64,000 bases of DNA from an uncultured Desulfosarcina sp. (GCA_963674945.2 CAXXWQ010000004.1:1664001-1728000); one strand, 5' to 3'. Positions 39,456 to 48,882 are shown, counted from the first letter of the stretch. The notes: a model not told the origin generated them from the sequence alone. Numbers and translations are program-made.

Positions 39456-40289
39456 ATGGTAGCTAACCTTTTAGATCTTCTACAAAAAGTACCTGATGTT
39501 GTGTGGGCGGCTGTAATCGCTGCAATATTAACACTTAGCGGTGTGTTGCTCACAACATTAAGCAATTTTATTTTAACAATTTTGAAATTTAAACACGACT
39601 TTGTAAAACAAGATCATGAACGAAACATGGCACTTAGAAGACAAGTCTATCTTGATGCTGTCGAAGCCATTACAGGTAATTATCTTAGCATAATGAAAAT
39701 TTCAGATTTGACATATCCAGACTCTGAAATTTCAAAACAATTCGCTAGTTCTGCCGGAAAAATAAATATGGTCTATGTAATTGGTACAACTGAAACAGTC
39801 AGAACTATATCGGAACTAAACGCATCAATCACCAAGGAATATTTAAAACTTACCGCTGAGAGACTTCCTCTTGTTCAAAGACGAAATGAAATCAAAACAA
39901 TAGATAATCAAATTAAGAATAATTTATCTCAACGCAATCAGATGATGGAACTGTTTAAAAATCTGAAAATTAATAGGGTTCAAGATGAAGAACAGTTTGA
40001 TATGATTGAGAAATATTATAAAATACATGAAAGCCAGATTTCAAAACTTGACCATAATTTTAGAGAGCTTATAGAGAAGAACCAAGGAGGACAGAAACAG
40101 CTTCATATAAATTGTATGGAGTCATTTAATACAATTCGAGGATATTTCCCCGATGCCATAGGTTGTATCCGAAAAGAGATGGGACTTTCGTTCAATGAGA
40201 GGGAATTTAGAAAAATAGTTGATTTAGAAGCTGAGGAGAGCCGAAAGGCCGTTCAAGATTTTATGGAGAAGATCAAGCCATACTCCTAA
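39456..40289 (+). CDS. Hypothetical membrane-anchored coiled-coil protein
   Basis: N-terminal TM segment, helical body, AT-rich coding sequence. Confidence 0.75.
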   Translation: MVANLLDLLQKVPDVVWAAVIAAILTLSGVLLTTLSNFILTILKFKHDFVKQDHERNMALRRQVYLDAVEAITGNYLSIMKISDLTYPDSEISKQFASSAGKINMVYVIGTTETVRTISELNASITKEYLKLTAERLPLVQRRNEIKTIDNQIKNNLSQRNQMMELFKNLKINRVQDEEQFDMIEKYYKIHESQISKLDHNFRELIEKNQGGQKQLHINCMESFNTIRGYFPDAIGCIRKEMGLSFNEREFRKIVDLEAEESRKAVQDFMEKIKPYS

Positions 40290-40420
40290 TGAAATGAATG
40301 TTAAAAGCATGAATTAAAATCATGCCCCCCCCAAAGACAATCGTAAGTTCAGCAGTCTAAGTAGGAAGCAAACGAGGACCTTCTGAAAAAGTACGAAAAA
40401 CCAAGCAAATAGGCATCAAT

Positions 40421-41077
40421 ATGGAGAACGACGAAGCCAAGGCCGTTCAAGAAGTAGCAAAGTTTGGAACCAAGGCATTAGACAGTAGTGACAAATTAGG
40501 GGCTTTTTTATCCCAAGTCTTTGGAACCCTTCCGGCCGATGTTATTGGTGTCATCGGAGGAGATTGGTTGCGCCATGTTCGTATCAGAAATGCAGCAAAG
40601 CTATTTCAACGTACCCAGGAAATAATTGACCAGCGGGGTTTATCTGGAAAAACGATACCGCTTAGTCCAAGTATTGCATTGCCCCTACTTGAAGCCGCAC
40701 AGGATGAAACAAGAGATGAACTCCGTGAAATGTGGGCCAGATTGCTTGCAAATGGAATGGATCCGGAACGACGAAACACTTTAAGGCAATCGATAATTGA
40801 AACTGTGAAGGCATTTGATCCGTTAGACGCTGTGATATTGGAAAAAATGATTTCTACATCTGAAAACGGTATAAGCGTGTCTATCCCATTATCCGTAGCA
40901 ACTGAATTAAACTTGTCTAAAGATGAAATGGAGTTGTCCTTCGTCAACCTTGAAAAATTAGGATGTGTCCGCAAAACAGGAAGTTCTTCCGATCCAAATA
41001 CTATGACTCAGTCAATTCATTTTGCAATTAATGTATTGGGAAGAGAGATTATACGGGCAACTTCCTTAACAGAATAG
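40421..41077 (+). CDS. Abi-alpha (DUF4393) family protein
   Basis: PLLEAAQDE...ELREMWARLLANGMDP and C-terminal NLEKLG wHTH-like pattern. Confidence 0.7.
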   Translation: MENDEAKAVQEVAKFGTKALDSSDKLGAFLSQVFGTLPADVIGVIGGDWLRHVRIRNAAKLFQRTQEIIDQRGLSGKTIPLSPSIALPLLEAAQDETRDELREMWARLLANGMDPERRNTLRQSIIETVKAFDPLDAVILEKMISTSENGISVSIPLSVATELNLSKDEMELSFVNLEKLGCVRKTGSSSDPNTMTQSIHFAINVLGREIIRATSLTE

Positions 41078-41365
41078 CAGCAAAGAGAAACGAATGGGGG
41101 ACAAATCCCCACTCCGATATGGAAAATTTTCACTAACGGTTTCGAAGGTGGGGAGGTGCCCCTGGCAGGCGCGAGAAACCCACCAGGGGCCGTGAACTCC
41201 CATCGCTCCGGCTGCCTTGCGCATTGCAGTGGTAACGATGGTGATCCTTCAAGCGCCTTGCCCCATTGCACGGATCGATTGAAGGGGTGCCGCAGGCTGA
41301 AACAAGAAAAGACCTGCGGCAATGCTAAACCCGGAGAAACGTGAAAACTCCGGGCATGTAGCCAT

Positions 41366-43210
41366 TTAAGCTGCTGCTCTCTCAGCCAACGTAATGTAAG
41401 GGGAGAGAGTTATGGTGGAATTTGCCGGAGTGATAGCACTGGCAAGGATCGGCTGCGAATCATACCGGTAGACGAATCTTAAACAAGCCTCATCGTACAG
41501 AAATCTGACGTGAACGGAGATATCTTTTTTCAGACCACCCTTGTCGGCAATCACATAGGATTTCGGATCGAAAAGGATGATATCTCCTTTATCGCCAACC
41601 GTCTGGCATTGTTCCATCGGGATTACTGGCCTACCGAAAAGTGTACTGTAAGGTTCACTTGACGCGCCCCCCGCTGGCATATAAACCGGGATTCCGGCTG
41701 TTCCGAGCGACATGTGCATAGACCACAACTGTGGTTCCGCGTCTTGGTTCACAAGCCAGACGGCGGTGCGTCTGTTTTTGGCCGGCATCCGAGCCCACAT
41801 AGCCCTTACATTTTCCCATACAATCGTATCCGCCGATTGGCCGGATTCCTTGGCCACCTCAATCAACGCAGAGCTATTCATAAGGCCAAGGCCTTGGCCT
41901 GAGCCGGTGCCATTGATGATGATATCATCCATCATGTATTCGAATTCATCCTCAAAAGCTTGAGAGACGTAGTTTTCCATGGCGGGTACATCTTCCATTA
42001 ATTCGTCTGTCAGGTAGCACAAGCCAATGAGTTTTTGCAGTTTCAACGCAATTTGCCGGTACTTAGGCTTTGAACCAGTAAATTGATCGGCCTCATTGGT
42101 GTGATAAAGCTGAACGCCACCCCAACGGGAGCCACTTGCTCGGCTGGTCTCATCGACGGCGGGCAAGTTGATTCCATTTTTACCAGCGCCAATGGTGAAC
42201 CGATTGCACATGCCTGGTAGTTTGCCGGTGTCGAATATGCCTTTAATGAGCGAGGTGGAGAAGTCGCTTTGAAGGAGAAAGCCACCTTCACTTAAGGTGC
42301 CTTCATTCAAACCGGATGCGGCCCGAACGTCAAACAACCGGGGGTCGGTCTGCCCACCGGGCGAACCGGCTGCGATAACAGCCCGGAGTTGTTCGCCCAT
42401 GGAATTGAAGGGCCGATGGCTTTCGCGGTTGTCGCCCACTTGGTACCGGGTGCCGCCATTGTCTGTCGGATCGGTGCGGTAAGTGGTATCAATGTCAGTG
42501 CTGGACATATCGGCCACAACACCCCCCACGCCGACGTCACGGGTCCGTTTGAAATGCGGAAATGCCGCAACAACTTCGGTGTCCCAGGTGTTGCTCAAAC
42601 GATTCAGGTTGATCTGCTCTTGCGTGGTCAGTTGATCGCCGCGCTGTTCTTTGTTGTAAAGGGTTTCCATTTCGGAAAGTGTATTTCTCATTTTATCATC
42701 TTTATTCATTGTATTTTTCTCTCTTTTATTGTTGTTTTGATAGGATCGGCCAATACCGACCGAAGGGTCAGCGGGTACGCTCACAATGGAAACCTCAAAT
42801 GGTCGCCATTTTGTCACATAATACCTGCCGTTTTTGACTTGGGATCGTTCCAATATCTCATAACCGACGCTCAAGTAACGTAGCACACCACTTTTCACGT
42901 CTTCTAGAATCTCTTGGGCTTCCTGCCGTCTCCCAAAGGTTAGCTTGCCTTTGAGCTTTTTATCGGAAATCCTAAGATTAGAGACTAAACCAACATTTAG
43001 TTGTCGATGGTCGTGCGAGGTGATAAGGCTCAATGGTTCTCGGCTCAAGTCAACCGCTTCCGGTGCGTGGACAAGAATTTCCTGCCCCTCAAACCTTTCA
43101 ACGGGATACTCAGACGAGATAGAAGCCTCAACGGTCCGACTTTGGTCGTTGGTTTTTCTCAACTCAATTTCAAATGTTCGTTTTTCCGTCTTCATTTCAA
43201 AGACTTTCAT
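41366..43210 (-). CDS. HK97-type prohead protease fused to major capsid protein
   Basis: N-terminal HDH, LSVGY and EVSIVSVPADP (protease). C-terminal EGGFLL, IINGTG, TLFGRPV and GDIIL (HK97 capsid). Confidence 0.9.
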   Translation of the reverse strand: MKVFEMKTEKRTFEIELRKTNDQSRTVEASISSEYPVERFEGQEILVHAPEAVDLSREPLSLITSHDHRQLNVGLVSNLRISDKKLKGKLTFGRRQEAQEILEDVKSGVLRYLSVGYEILERSQVKNGRYYVTKWRPFEVSIVSVPADPSVGIGRSYQNNNKREKNTMNKDDKMRNTLSEMETLYNKEQRGDQLTTQEQINLNRLSNTWDTEVVAAFPHFKRTRDVGVGGVVADMSSTDIDTTYRTDPTDNGGTRYQVGDNRESHRPFNSMGEQLRAVIAAGSPGGQTDPRLFDVRAASGLNEGTLSEGGFLLQSDFSTSLIKGIFDTGKLPGMCNRFTIGAGKNGINLPAVDETSRASGSRWGGVQLYHTNEADQFTGSKPKYRQIALKLQKLIGLCYLTDELMEDVPAMENYVSQAFEDEFEYMMDDIIINGTGSGQGLGLMNSSALIEVAKESGQSADTIVWENVRAMWARMPAKNRRTAVWLVNQDAEPQLWSMHMSLGTAGIPVYMPAGGASSEPYSTLFGRPVIPMEQCQTVGDKGDIILFDPKSYVIADKGGLKKDISVHVRFLYDEACLRFVYRYDSQPILASAITPANSTITLSPYITLAERAAA

Positions 43211-43337
43211 TTAGTGGTTTGCGTCCGATCTCGGACAATGCGCATCTGCGCGGGTTTCTGCGCCATCTGGCTAAAAAATCTGTATATTTTTGTAGTTTAT
43301 TTTGACTATATAGCTGTTATTATAGACTTTTATGGTT

Positions 43338-43436
43338 AGGTACCCCCCTATGAAAAACTTGCGACCATATGCGTCTGCCTGCCGCTTCGACGGACAAAAA
43401 CCAATAATGGGGAAAAAATACCCGCCCCCCGCCCCT
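43338..43436 (-). other. Putative cos packaging site
   Basis: G-run/T-run, GC core and G-run layout immediately after the HNH stop codon, the usual cos position in HK97-like phages. Confidence 0.5.
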
Positions 43437-43437
43437 C

Positions 43438-43845
43438 TCATCGCCCAACCATCGCCATCAACTCCTTGACGTATTCCATCACAGCCTCAAGCCCATGCTT
43501 TCTCCGCTCCACCATCTCCTTTGTCTTTTTGTCGTGGCATGACCGGCACTGTGACATAAGGTTTCGCGGGTCGAGTTTTGGCCCGCCGTCCAATATTTCA
43601 TGGATATGGTCAACCGGGTCGCCTTTCTGCATGACAGTTATGATCCCGTTCGCCTTGCACATCTGACATAGCGGATGCTTTTCCCTGTATCCATTCCTGA
43701 GCTTTTTCCATATGCCTGAGCTATAAAATTTATTGTGGTCATAGTCTGGCCGCTGCATTGACACCTGTTTCGAACAGTTTGGACATGGCCGACCGTATTT
43801 GATGATTGCATTGCACCTTGAGCACTGTTTGTTCAGGGCTGGCAT
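43438..43845 (-). CDS. HNH endonuclease (terminase-associated type)
   Basis: FYSSGIWKKLR, PLCQMC, VDHI and NLMSQCRSCHDKKT. Confidence 0.9.
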   Translation of the reverse strand: MPALNKQCSRCNAIIKYGRPCPNCSKQVSMQRPDYDHNKFYSSGIWKKLRNGYREKHPLCQMCKANGIITVMQKGDPVDHIHEILDGGPKLDPRNLMSQCRSCHDKKTKEMVERRKHGLEAVMEYVKELMAMVGR

Positions 43846-43956
43846 TTGACCCCCATGTCCCATTCTGGCATGATGTCTGTGAGACTGCACATCCGGTCGT
43901 TGGATTCAAGGCGTGGAGAATCCAACCCCGCCCCGTATCCAACGTGAAATCAATCA

Positions 43957-44130
43957 TTATTGGATGGTGCGGTTATCATCTTCCGTGTTTCCCTCTTCCA
44001 GCTTTTCAATCCGACTTTCGAGTATGACCAATCCCATGCAAAACTTTTTCATGACGAATTCAAAATCGATGATCGCGTTTTTCAAGGCGTCAAACTTCTC
44101 TTTCATTTCTGGTAATTCTGAAGCGTGCAT
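43957..44130 (-). CDS. Small coiled-coil hypothetical protein (57 aa, not in ORF track)
   Basis: Read by hand: MHASELPEMKEKFDALKNAIIDFEFVMKKFCMGLVILESRIEKLEEG..., with AAGGA RBS. Confidence 0.5.
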   Translation of the reverse strand: MHASELPEMKEKFDALKNAIIDFEFVMKKFCMGLVILESRIEKLEEGNTEDDNRTIQ

Positions 44131-44262
44131 TTTAAAATCCTTTCATGTTGTGAGGGATCACGCTTGACCGACAAAAATCGAGCCGTTGCGTTTTTGAGCC
44201 CTTTTCCCCCTTTTTTTGGATCGAACAGAAAAAAAACCTCATAGCCTGGATTCTATAGAATG

Positions 44263-44449
44263 GTGTTAAAAGTGACACTTGAAGATGAAAAAGGTTCGAA
44301 ATTCGGTATTCTGTATTATTACAATCGGATATCTTGTTCCTTGGCCATCTTGGAGTGTCAATTTTGCCAATCGAAGCTTGGTTGTATATTCGTCTTGGAG
44401 TGTTAAAAGTGACACCCCAAGTGGGTGTTTTCGGTGTCATTTTTGACAC
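44263..44449. promoter_or_regulatory. Iteron-like repeats, putative replication origin
   Basis: Four 16-bp quasi-palindromes GTGTYAWWWKTGACAC at 44263, 44355 (degenerate), 44400 and 44434. Confidence 0.6.
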
Positions 44450-44928
44450 CCACTTTTGTTTTTTCTCTTTTGAAGGATCTGTTTTTTCTTTACCGGGTCC
44501 GCCATAAGAGTTGCCCATCCACGGCCTTCTCGTGTATCTTTTCGTCGTGGTTTTTGTGGCGGTTCAAATTCAGGTTTACCGTACTTCCTCCATCGGAAAT
44601 CAATCTTGTATTTGGTCTCTTTCCTGTTATGCCCCCCAGATCCATATTCAGAGATATCCAAAAAACCTTTGGCCTGTAATTCATCTATGGCGTTTCTGAA
44701 GTTGCGCCGGTTGATCTTCTTGAGTTCGGCTGTGGCGTATGGATAGACCAGTTCTCCGTTGTTTTCGATGATCCATTCCTGCTTGTGTGAGAGCCAGTGC
44801 ATTTTCCTCATCCGAAGAAAGTCCAAGTACACCAACATTGACCATTTGTTCAGTGATCGAAAGGCATCGGATCGTAACAATGCCTTGTCGATATAGATGG
44901 AGTCCTTTTTGTTTCTACTTCCTGCCAT
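44437..44928 (-). CDS. Winged-HTH replication initiator-like protein
   Basis: SDAFRSL...NNGELVYPY...RNAIDELQAKGFL. Lies downstream of alpA and adjacent to the iterons. Confidence 0.6.
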   Translation of the reverse strand: MAGSRNKKDSIYIDKALLRSDAFRSLNKWSMLVYLDFLRMRKMHWLSHKQEWIIENNGELVYPYATAELKKINRRNFRNAIDELQAKGFLDISEYGSGGHNRKETKYKIDFRWRKYGKPEFEPPQKPRRKDTREGRGWATLMADPVKKKQILQKRKNKSGCQK

Positions 44929-45012
44929 TTTAGCCCCTTTTGTGATGGCCGATGGATACCGGGGCTGTGGTACCCATTTTTTCACTGGTGCCCGCCAGCG
45001 TCGGCCAAGTCT

Positions 45013-45198
45013 CTACCTTGCCGCTGCCTTCTGTTCGATCCACTCATCAACTTCGGATTCGAGCCACCCGGCAGAGTTGCCACCCAAACGAATACGCTTC
45101 GGGAATTTTCCGTCTCTCTCCCATCGCCATACGGTAGGACCGGAAACCCCACCGATTTTTTTTCTCAACTCTGGAAATCGGATAATTCTTTCACCCAT
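45013..45198 (-). CDS. alpA: AlpA family transcriptional regulator
   Basis: IIRFPEL...TVWRWERDGKFPKRIRLG...GWLESEVDEWI. Confidence 0.9.
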   Translation of the reverse strand: MGERIIRFPELRKKIGGVSGPTVWRWERDGKFPKRIRLGGNSAGWLESEVDEWIEQKAAAR

Positions 45199-45328
45199 TT
45201 TTTCTTGCCCCTTTCATGAAATAAAAATGCCTACCAAGTAGTTTCTTGATAGGCACTGTAATTTTCTGAAAGGCGGTTGTAACTCCGAAAGTTTTACCCA
45301 ACTTTCCGGAAGTTTTTAAGCTTCTGTT

Positions 45329-45865
45329 TTAATAACTATGTTCACCACTCCATTTAGATCTTTGTTTTTTCCAATAAGAATACCACTCGCCGACTTTTGT
45401 ATGGCCACCAACACCTAATTCTCTTCCAACGGTCTCATATAGGTGCACATCAATCGGTATATCAGGGTTTTGCTCTTTTATTTCAATGATTCGAAAATAA
45501 ACATCTAAACTTTTCTCTTTAAATTCGCGTTTTGTACCAATTTGCGTGTTTTTGGGGTGAGGCTTGCCGAAAACATCATCCCAAGATTTTGCTTGATAAA
45601 AAACCTTAGTGGTCCGAAACGCCTTAATATAGGCAACTGAGAGCCACTTAGGCATCACAAAACCGTTATGAGCGCATAAAAAAACACCCTCTGGAATGGC
45701 CGTCGAGTCCTTTGTTTCTGAATAATATTTCTCGACTTCCTCAAGTTCTTTGGCAGCTATCCACCTATCTATAATAGTACGTTCGCCTTTAAAACCATCG
45801 GCCCGTGTCGCATCAACCGCCTCATCAAACGACATGGCGAGGAGTTCTTCTAATGTGTCAATCAT
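45329..45865 (-). CDS. Hypothetical protein coupled to the integrase
   Basis: Start overlaps the integrase 3' end. SWDDVFGKP and a possible C-terminal HTH. Confidence 0.65.
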   Translation of the reverse strand: MIDTLEELLAMSFDEAVDATRADGFKGERTIIDRWIAAKELEEVEKYYSETKDSTAIPEGVFLCAHNGFVMPKWLSVAYIKAFRTTKVFYQAKSWDDVFGKPHPKNTQIGTKREFKEKSLDVYFRIIEIKEQNPDIPIDVHLYETVGRELGVGGHTKVGEWYSYWKKQRSKWSGEHSY

Positions 45866-47111
45866 GGCGCACCCCCGCAAACTGAATAACCTTCCCACCT
45901 TGTTGTTCGGTATGCCCCAGAATTTCGGATAACCGCTGTTCCCATCTTGCCAGCGCCTGGCGCTTTTCGGCATCGTATGAATGTTGATTATAGACCGCAA
46001 GTAAGCCCTGCAACTTGTGTCCGAGCACTCTCTCAGCAATGACATCGGATATGCCAATTTCAGCAAGTCGAGTTCGAACAGTCCGGCGTAGGTCGTGGGG
46101 AGTGAAAGGTGCATCAAGGCCAATTTCATCATTCCCCTCTTCGTCTTTTCCCCAGTGGCGCAAAATAGCCTTACCAATGGCCGCCCGGCTTAATGCCTGC
46201 TTTGGACGATAGCTGGATCGAAAAACAAAGTCGGTGTCATCAACCGGTGAATAGACTTTGGCTTGTTCGAGCACTTCCAGCGCCATGCGGTTCAATGGTA
46301 CACGGTTTTCCTGACGGTTCTTTGCCCGCTCCTCAGGTATGGTCCAGACCATGGCATTTTCATCGACTTCAGACCAACGCATGGCAGATATTTCACCCGG
46401 ACGCTGACCAAGCAACAGTATAAGTTTGATGGCCAATTTGGTTGGCCTGTAGATGTCAATTTTTATGTTTTCAAGATCCAGTGCTACCCAAAGCTTGCGG
46501 ATTTCCTTATCATCCAATACCCGCGTTCTCGGCTTTTCCTTTGGCCGTTTCATGCCTACCATGGGCGAAAAATCGATAATTCCCCGTTCGGCTGCAAAAT
46601 TCCACATGCGGACCATCGCCGATTGCAATCGACTTGCCCCGACTGGTGCCCTTTTCCGCACCTTATCAATAAGGAGAACCGCATCCCTGCGGGTTATATC
46701 TTTTACCTTACGTTTTCCCCAGGCAGGAATAACATCCTTTTTGATAAGGCGCTTGCGTTCATCGCCCGATGGTTTTTGGGAAAGTTCGACCTTGTAAAAT
46801 TCATCCAGCAATTCCGAAACGGTTGGCGCCGCCTTCATTTTTGCTTTTTTTTCTTTTTCGACCTGCCCAGGATCGATACCATTTTGCAGTTGCTTTATGG
46901 CCTCACCATGCCTTTTACGTGCTTCACCAATACCGATACCCGGAAATTGGCCAAGTGACATTCGTCTCCGGCGTCCGTCAAAGCGATAACGGAATATCCA
47001 TGTTTTTGTTCCGCTTGGTGCAACACGAACAAATAGGCCTTTTCCATCCTGTACTTCGTAACGTTTCGCCTTCTTAGACAACCGATTAACAGCAAGTTCG
47101 GTTAGTGCCAT
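45858..47111 (-). CDS. P4-family tyrosine integrase
   Basis: Arm-binding domain DGKGLFVRV...KTWIFRY, plus GQRPGE, AKN, TPHDLRR, LGH and VYN. Confidence 0.95.
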   Translation of the reverse strand: MALTELAVNRLSKKAKRYEVQDGKGLFVRVAPSGTKTWIFRYRFDGRRRRMSLGQFPGIGIGEARKRHGEAIKQLQNGIDPGQVEKEKKAKMKAAPTVSELLDEFYKVELSQKPSGDERKRLIKKDVIPAWGKRKVKDITRRDAVLLIDKVRKRAPVGASRLQSAMVRMWNFAAERGIIDFSPMVGMKRPKEKPRTRVLDDKEIRKLWVALDLENIKIDIYRPTKLAIKLILLLGQRPGEISAMRWSEVDENAMVWTIPEERAKNRQENRVPLNRMALEVLEQAKVYSPVDDTDFVFRSSYRPKQALSRAAIGKAILRHWGKDEEGNDEIGLDAPFTPHDLRRTVRTRLAEIGISDVIAERVLGHKLQGLLAVYNQHSYDAEKRQALARWEQRLSEILGHTEQQGGKVIQFAGVRHD

Positions 47112-47132
47112 GGCCCCTCCTTGTACAATCAT

Positions 47133-47159
47133 GGGTACCCGTTTGGGTACCCGTTTTGA
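47133..47159. promoter_or_regulatory. Integrase arm-type sites (2x GGGTACCC)
   Basis: Matches 37602-37628. Confidence 0.65.
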
Positions 47160-47284
47160 CCGTATTTCAGCGGTTTTTTATGAAACCCTATGAAATGCTA
47201 TTTAATAAGTTTTTAATGTTATGTCAATATGTTTTGATACGCATAGAAGGGATGTGAAACGTGGTGTAATCCGACTCTTTTAGA

Positions 47285-47329
47285 TTTGGGAGCAGGGAGT
47301 CGGAAATTCAAATCCTCTCGCCCCGACCA
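47285..47329 (+). repeat. att site (duplicated 3' half of tRNA-Pro)
   Basis: TTTGGGAGCAGGGAGTCGGAaaTTCAAATCCTCTCGCCCCGACCA. Confidence 0.93.
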
Positions 47330-47347
47330 CACTATGGCCACAAAGGT

Positions 47348-47377
47348 AAGCCGACGCAAAACGTCGGCTTTTCTTTT
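47348..47377 (+). terminator. Rho-independent terminator (probable original tRNA-Pro terminator)
   Basis: AAGCCGACG-CAAAA-CGTCGGCTT followed by TTCTTTT. Confidence 0.75.
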
Positions 47378-47703
47378 CGGTGTTGACCGATTCGTATGCT
47401 TTCCTCAGTTGCTCTGACCCAAACTGAGCGTTTTAAATTACTTAACCATGTAAATTTTTAAAATCGTTGAACATTGGTGCAATATTTTCTCAAAAATTTG
47501 AAACCCTCCGGGAATGCCGATCTCACCGCATCTACGGCGTCAGATGCCTTCCCGCACAGGTAACTATAGCGGGAAACCATCTTCCTTGTACCTGCGGCAA
47601 GCTCGACAATCGCTCAGCTTATGTCTGATAAAGGCTCATGCGTCCGTCTGGGGCCATTCAAAGTCTGGTAGGATTTCGTCGTTAGCGGTTTGCACCCTGC
47701 CGA

Positions 47704-48624
47704 TCAAAACAGCGGAAACAGTTTCTCCAAAATATAACCCACACCCAGCAGAACCTGGGTGAGCAGAATGAAGATGACATTATCTCCCATGGCCGCGATC
47801 AGCAGGTTTCTGTCCTCGTATTTTTTTGATCCGCGCATGGCTTTTATTGCCCATGGCAAGGCGAGAAAGGAGATCAAGCAATATACCGGCATGACGACGC
47901 TGCCGGTTACCAAGGTCGCCAGGACACAGCCGATGATCCAGACATAAACCGCGATGGTAGCCGACCGGAACAACCGGATGGCTGCGTCCATACCGAAAAG
48001 GACCGGTGTGGTTTTCCGGCCCCCCTTCCTGTCTGCCTCCACATCCGGAAATTCGTTGAGCAGAAGCAGGTTGTGCACCAATAAGCCACTGGGGATGGAG
48101 GCAATTAAAACAGACCAATCATACCTGCCGGCCTGGACAAAATATAAACCCAAAATGGGCAAGATGCCCAGCCCCAACCCCGGTGACCATTCGGGCCAGG
48201 GTGTTCTCAGAATCACCGGCGTGTAGAGCACCAGGCACAAGATGGCCACAATCAGCAGCGGCAACAGCAGCAAGCCCTTTACGACGATAAAAAAGATGCC
48301 GATGAACAGTGCCACCACGAAGGTGACGACTCCCACCCAAAGGGCCTGATTCAAGGTGATTCTGCTCTCGGGAACCAGCCCGCTGCCCCCACTGAAGGGA
48401 GTCCGCTTTACATTCAGGTCAATGCCGCTTTTATAATCAAAATAATCGTTGATTGCGTTGACACTGCCATGGGTCAGCATTAAACCGAATCCTGCCAGCA
48501 GGGCATACCATAGATTGACGGGACAATCGTACCAGGCGATGGCAGTGCCGAGAAAGGTGAGTACAATGGAAAGGGTTAAAAACTGGGGTCTTGTTTCTTT
48601 AATCCAAAGCAGCAATGTATTCAT
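47704..48624 (-). CDS. menA: UbiA/MenA-family prenyltransferase (DHNA octaprenyltransferase-like)
   Basis: TRPQFL, NDYFDYKSGID, FSGGSG and NEFPDVEAD...GRKT. Multiple TM segments. Confidence 0.8.
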   Translation of the reverse strand: MNTLLLWIKETRPQFLTLSIVLTFLGTAIAWYDCPVNLWYALLAGFGLMLTHGSVNAINDYFDYKSGIDLNVKRTPFSGGSGLVPESRITLNQALWVGVVTFVVALFIGIFFIVVKGLLLLPLLIVAILCLVLYTPVILRTPWPEWSPGLGLGILPILGLYFVQAGRYDWSVLIASIPSGLLVHNLLLLNEFPDVEADRKGGRKTTPVLFGMDAAIRLFRSATIAVYVWIIGCVLATLVTGSVVMPVYCLISFLALPWAIKAMRGSKKYEDRNLLIAAMGDNVIFILLTQVLLGVGYILEKLFPLF

Positions 48625-48882
48625 GGCGTTCCAGTTGATAAATAAAATTGGTGAATCAAATTGGTTTTCGGGGCAACAATTCCACATAACACCTCAAATG
48701 AAAAGAAAAAAGTCCACCTTTCCGGGGACATCGACCAGATTGGGGAAATTACGGGACATCCCGTGATTGTTGGGGGCATTCTCTCATCATCATCCAAATA
48801 ACTTTAGTCATCCTAAACTGAGCGTTTCAAATTTTCTTAAATTTTTAAGTTCCTGTTTTCGTATTTAAAATGAAACTTTCAT

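Noticed and set aside
40245..40452. 14-bp repeat AAGGCCGTTCAAGA at the end of one cargo gene and the start of Abi-alpha
   Set aside because: Short and within coding sequence (KAVQ in both). Plausibly chance.
43739..43957. 72-aa ORF coupled by TAATG upstream of HNH
   Set aside because: Overlaps HNH by over 100 nt and has no recognisable features. Not supported enough to annotate.
45866..46177. N-terminal extension of ORF 45329-46177
   Set aside because: Overlaps the integrase catalytic region. The start at 45865, coupled to the integrase end, is more plausible.
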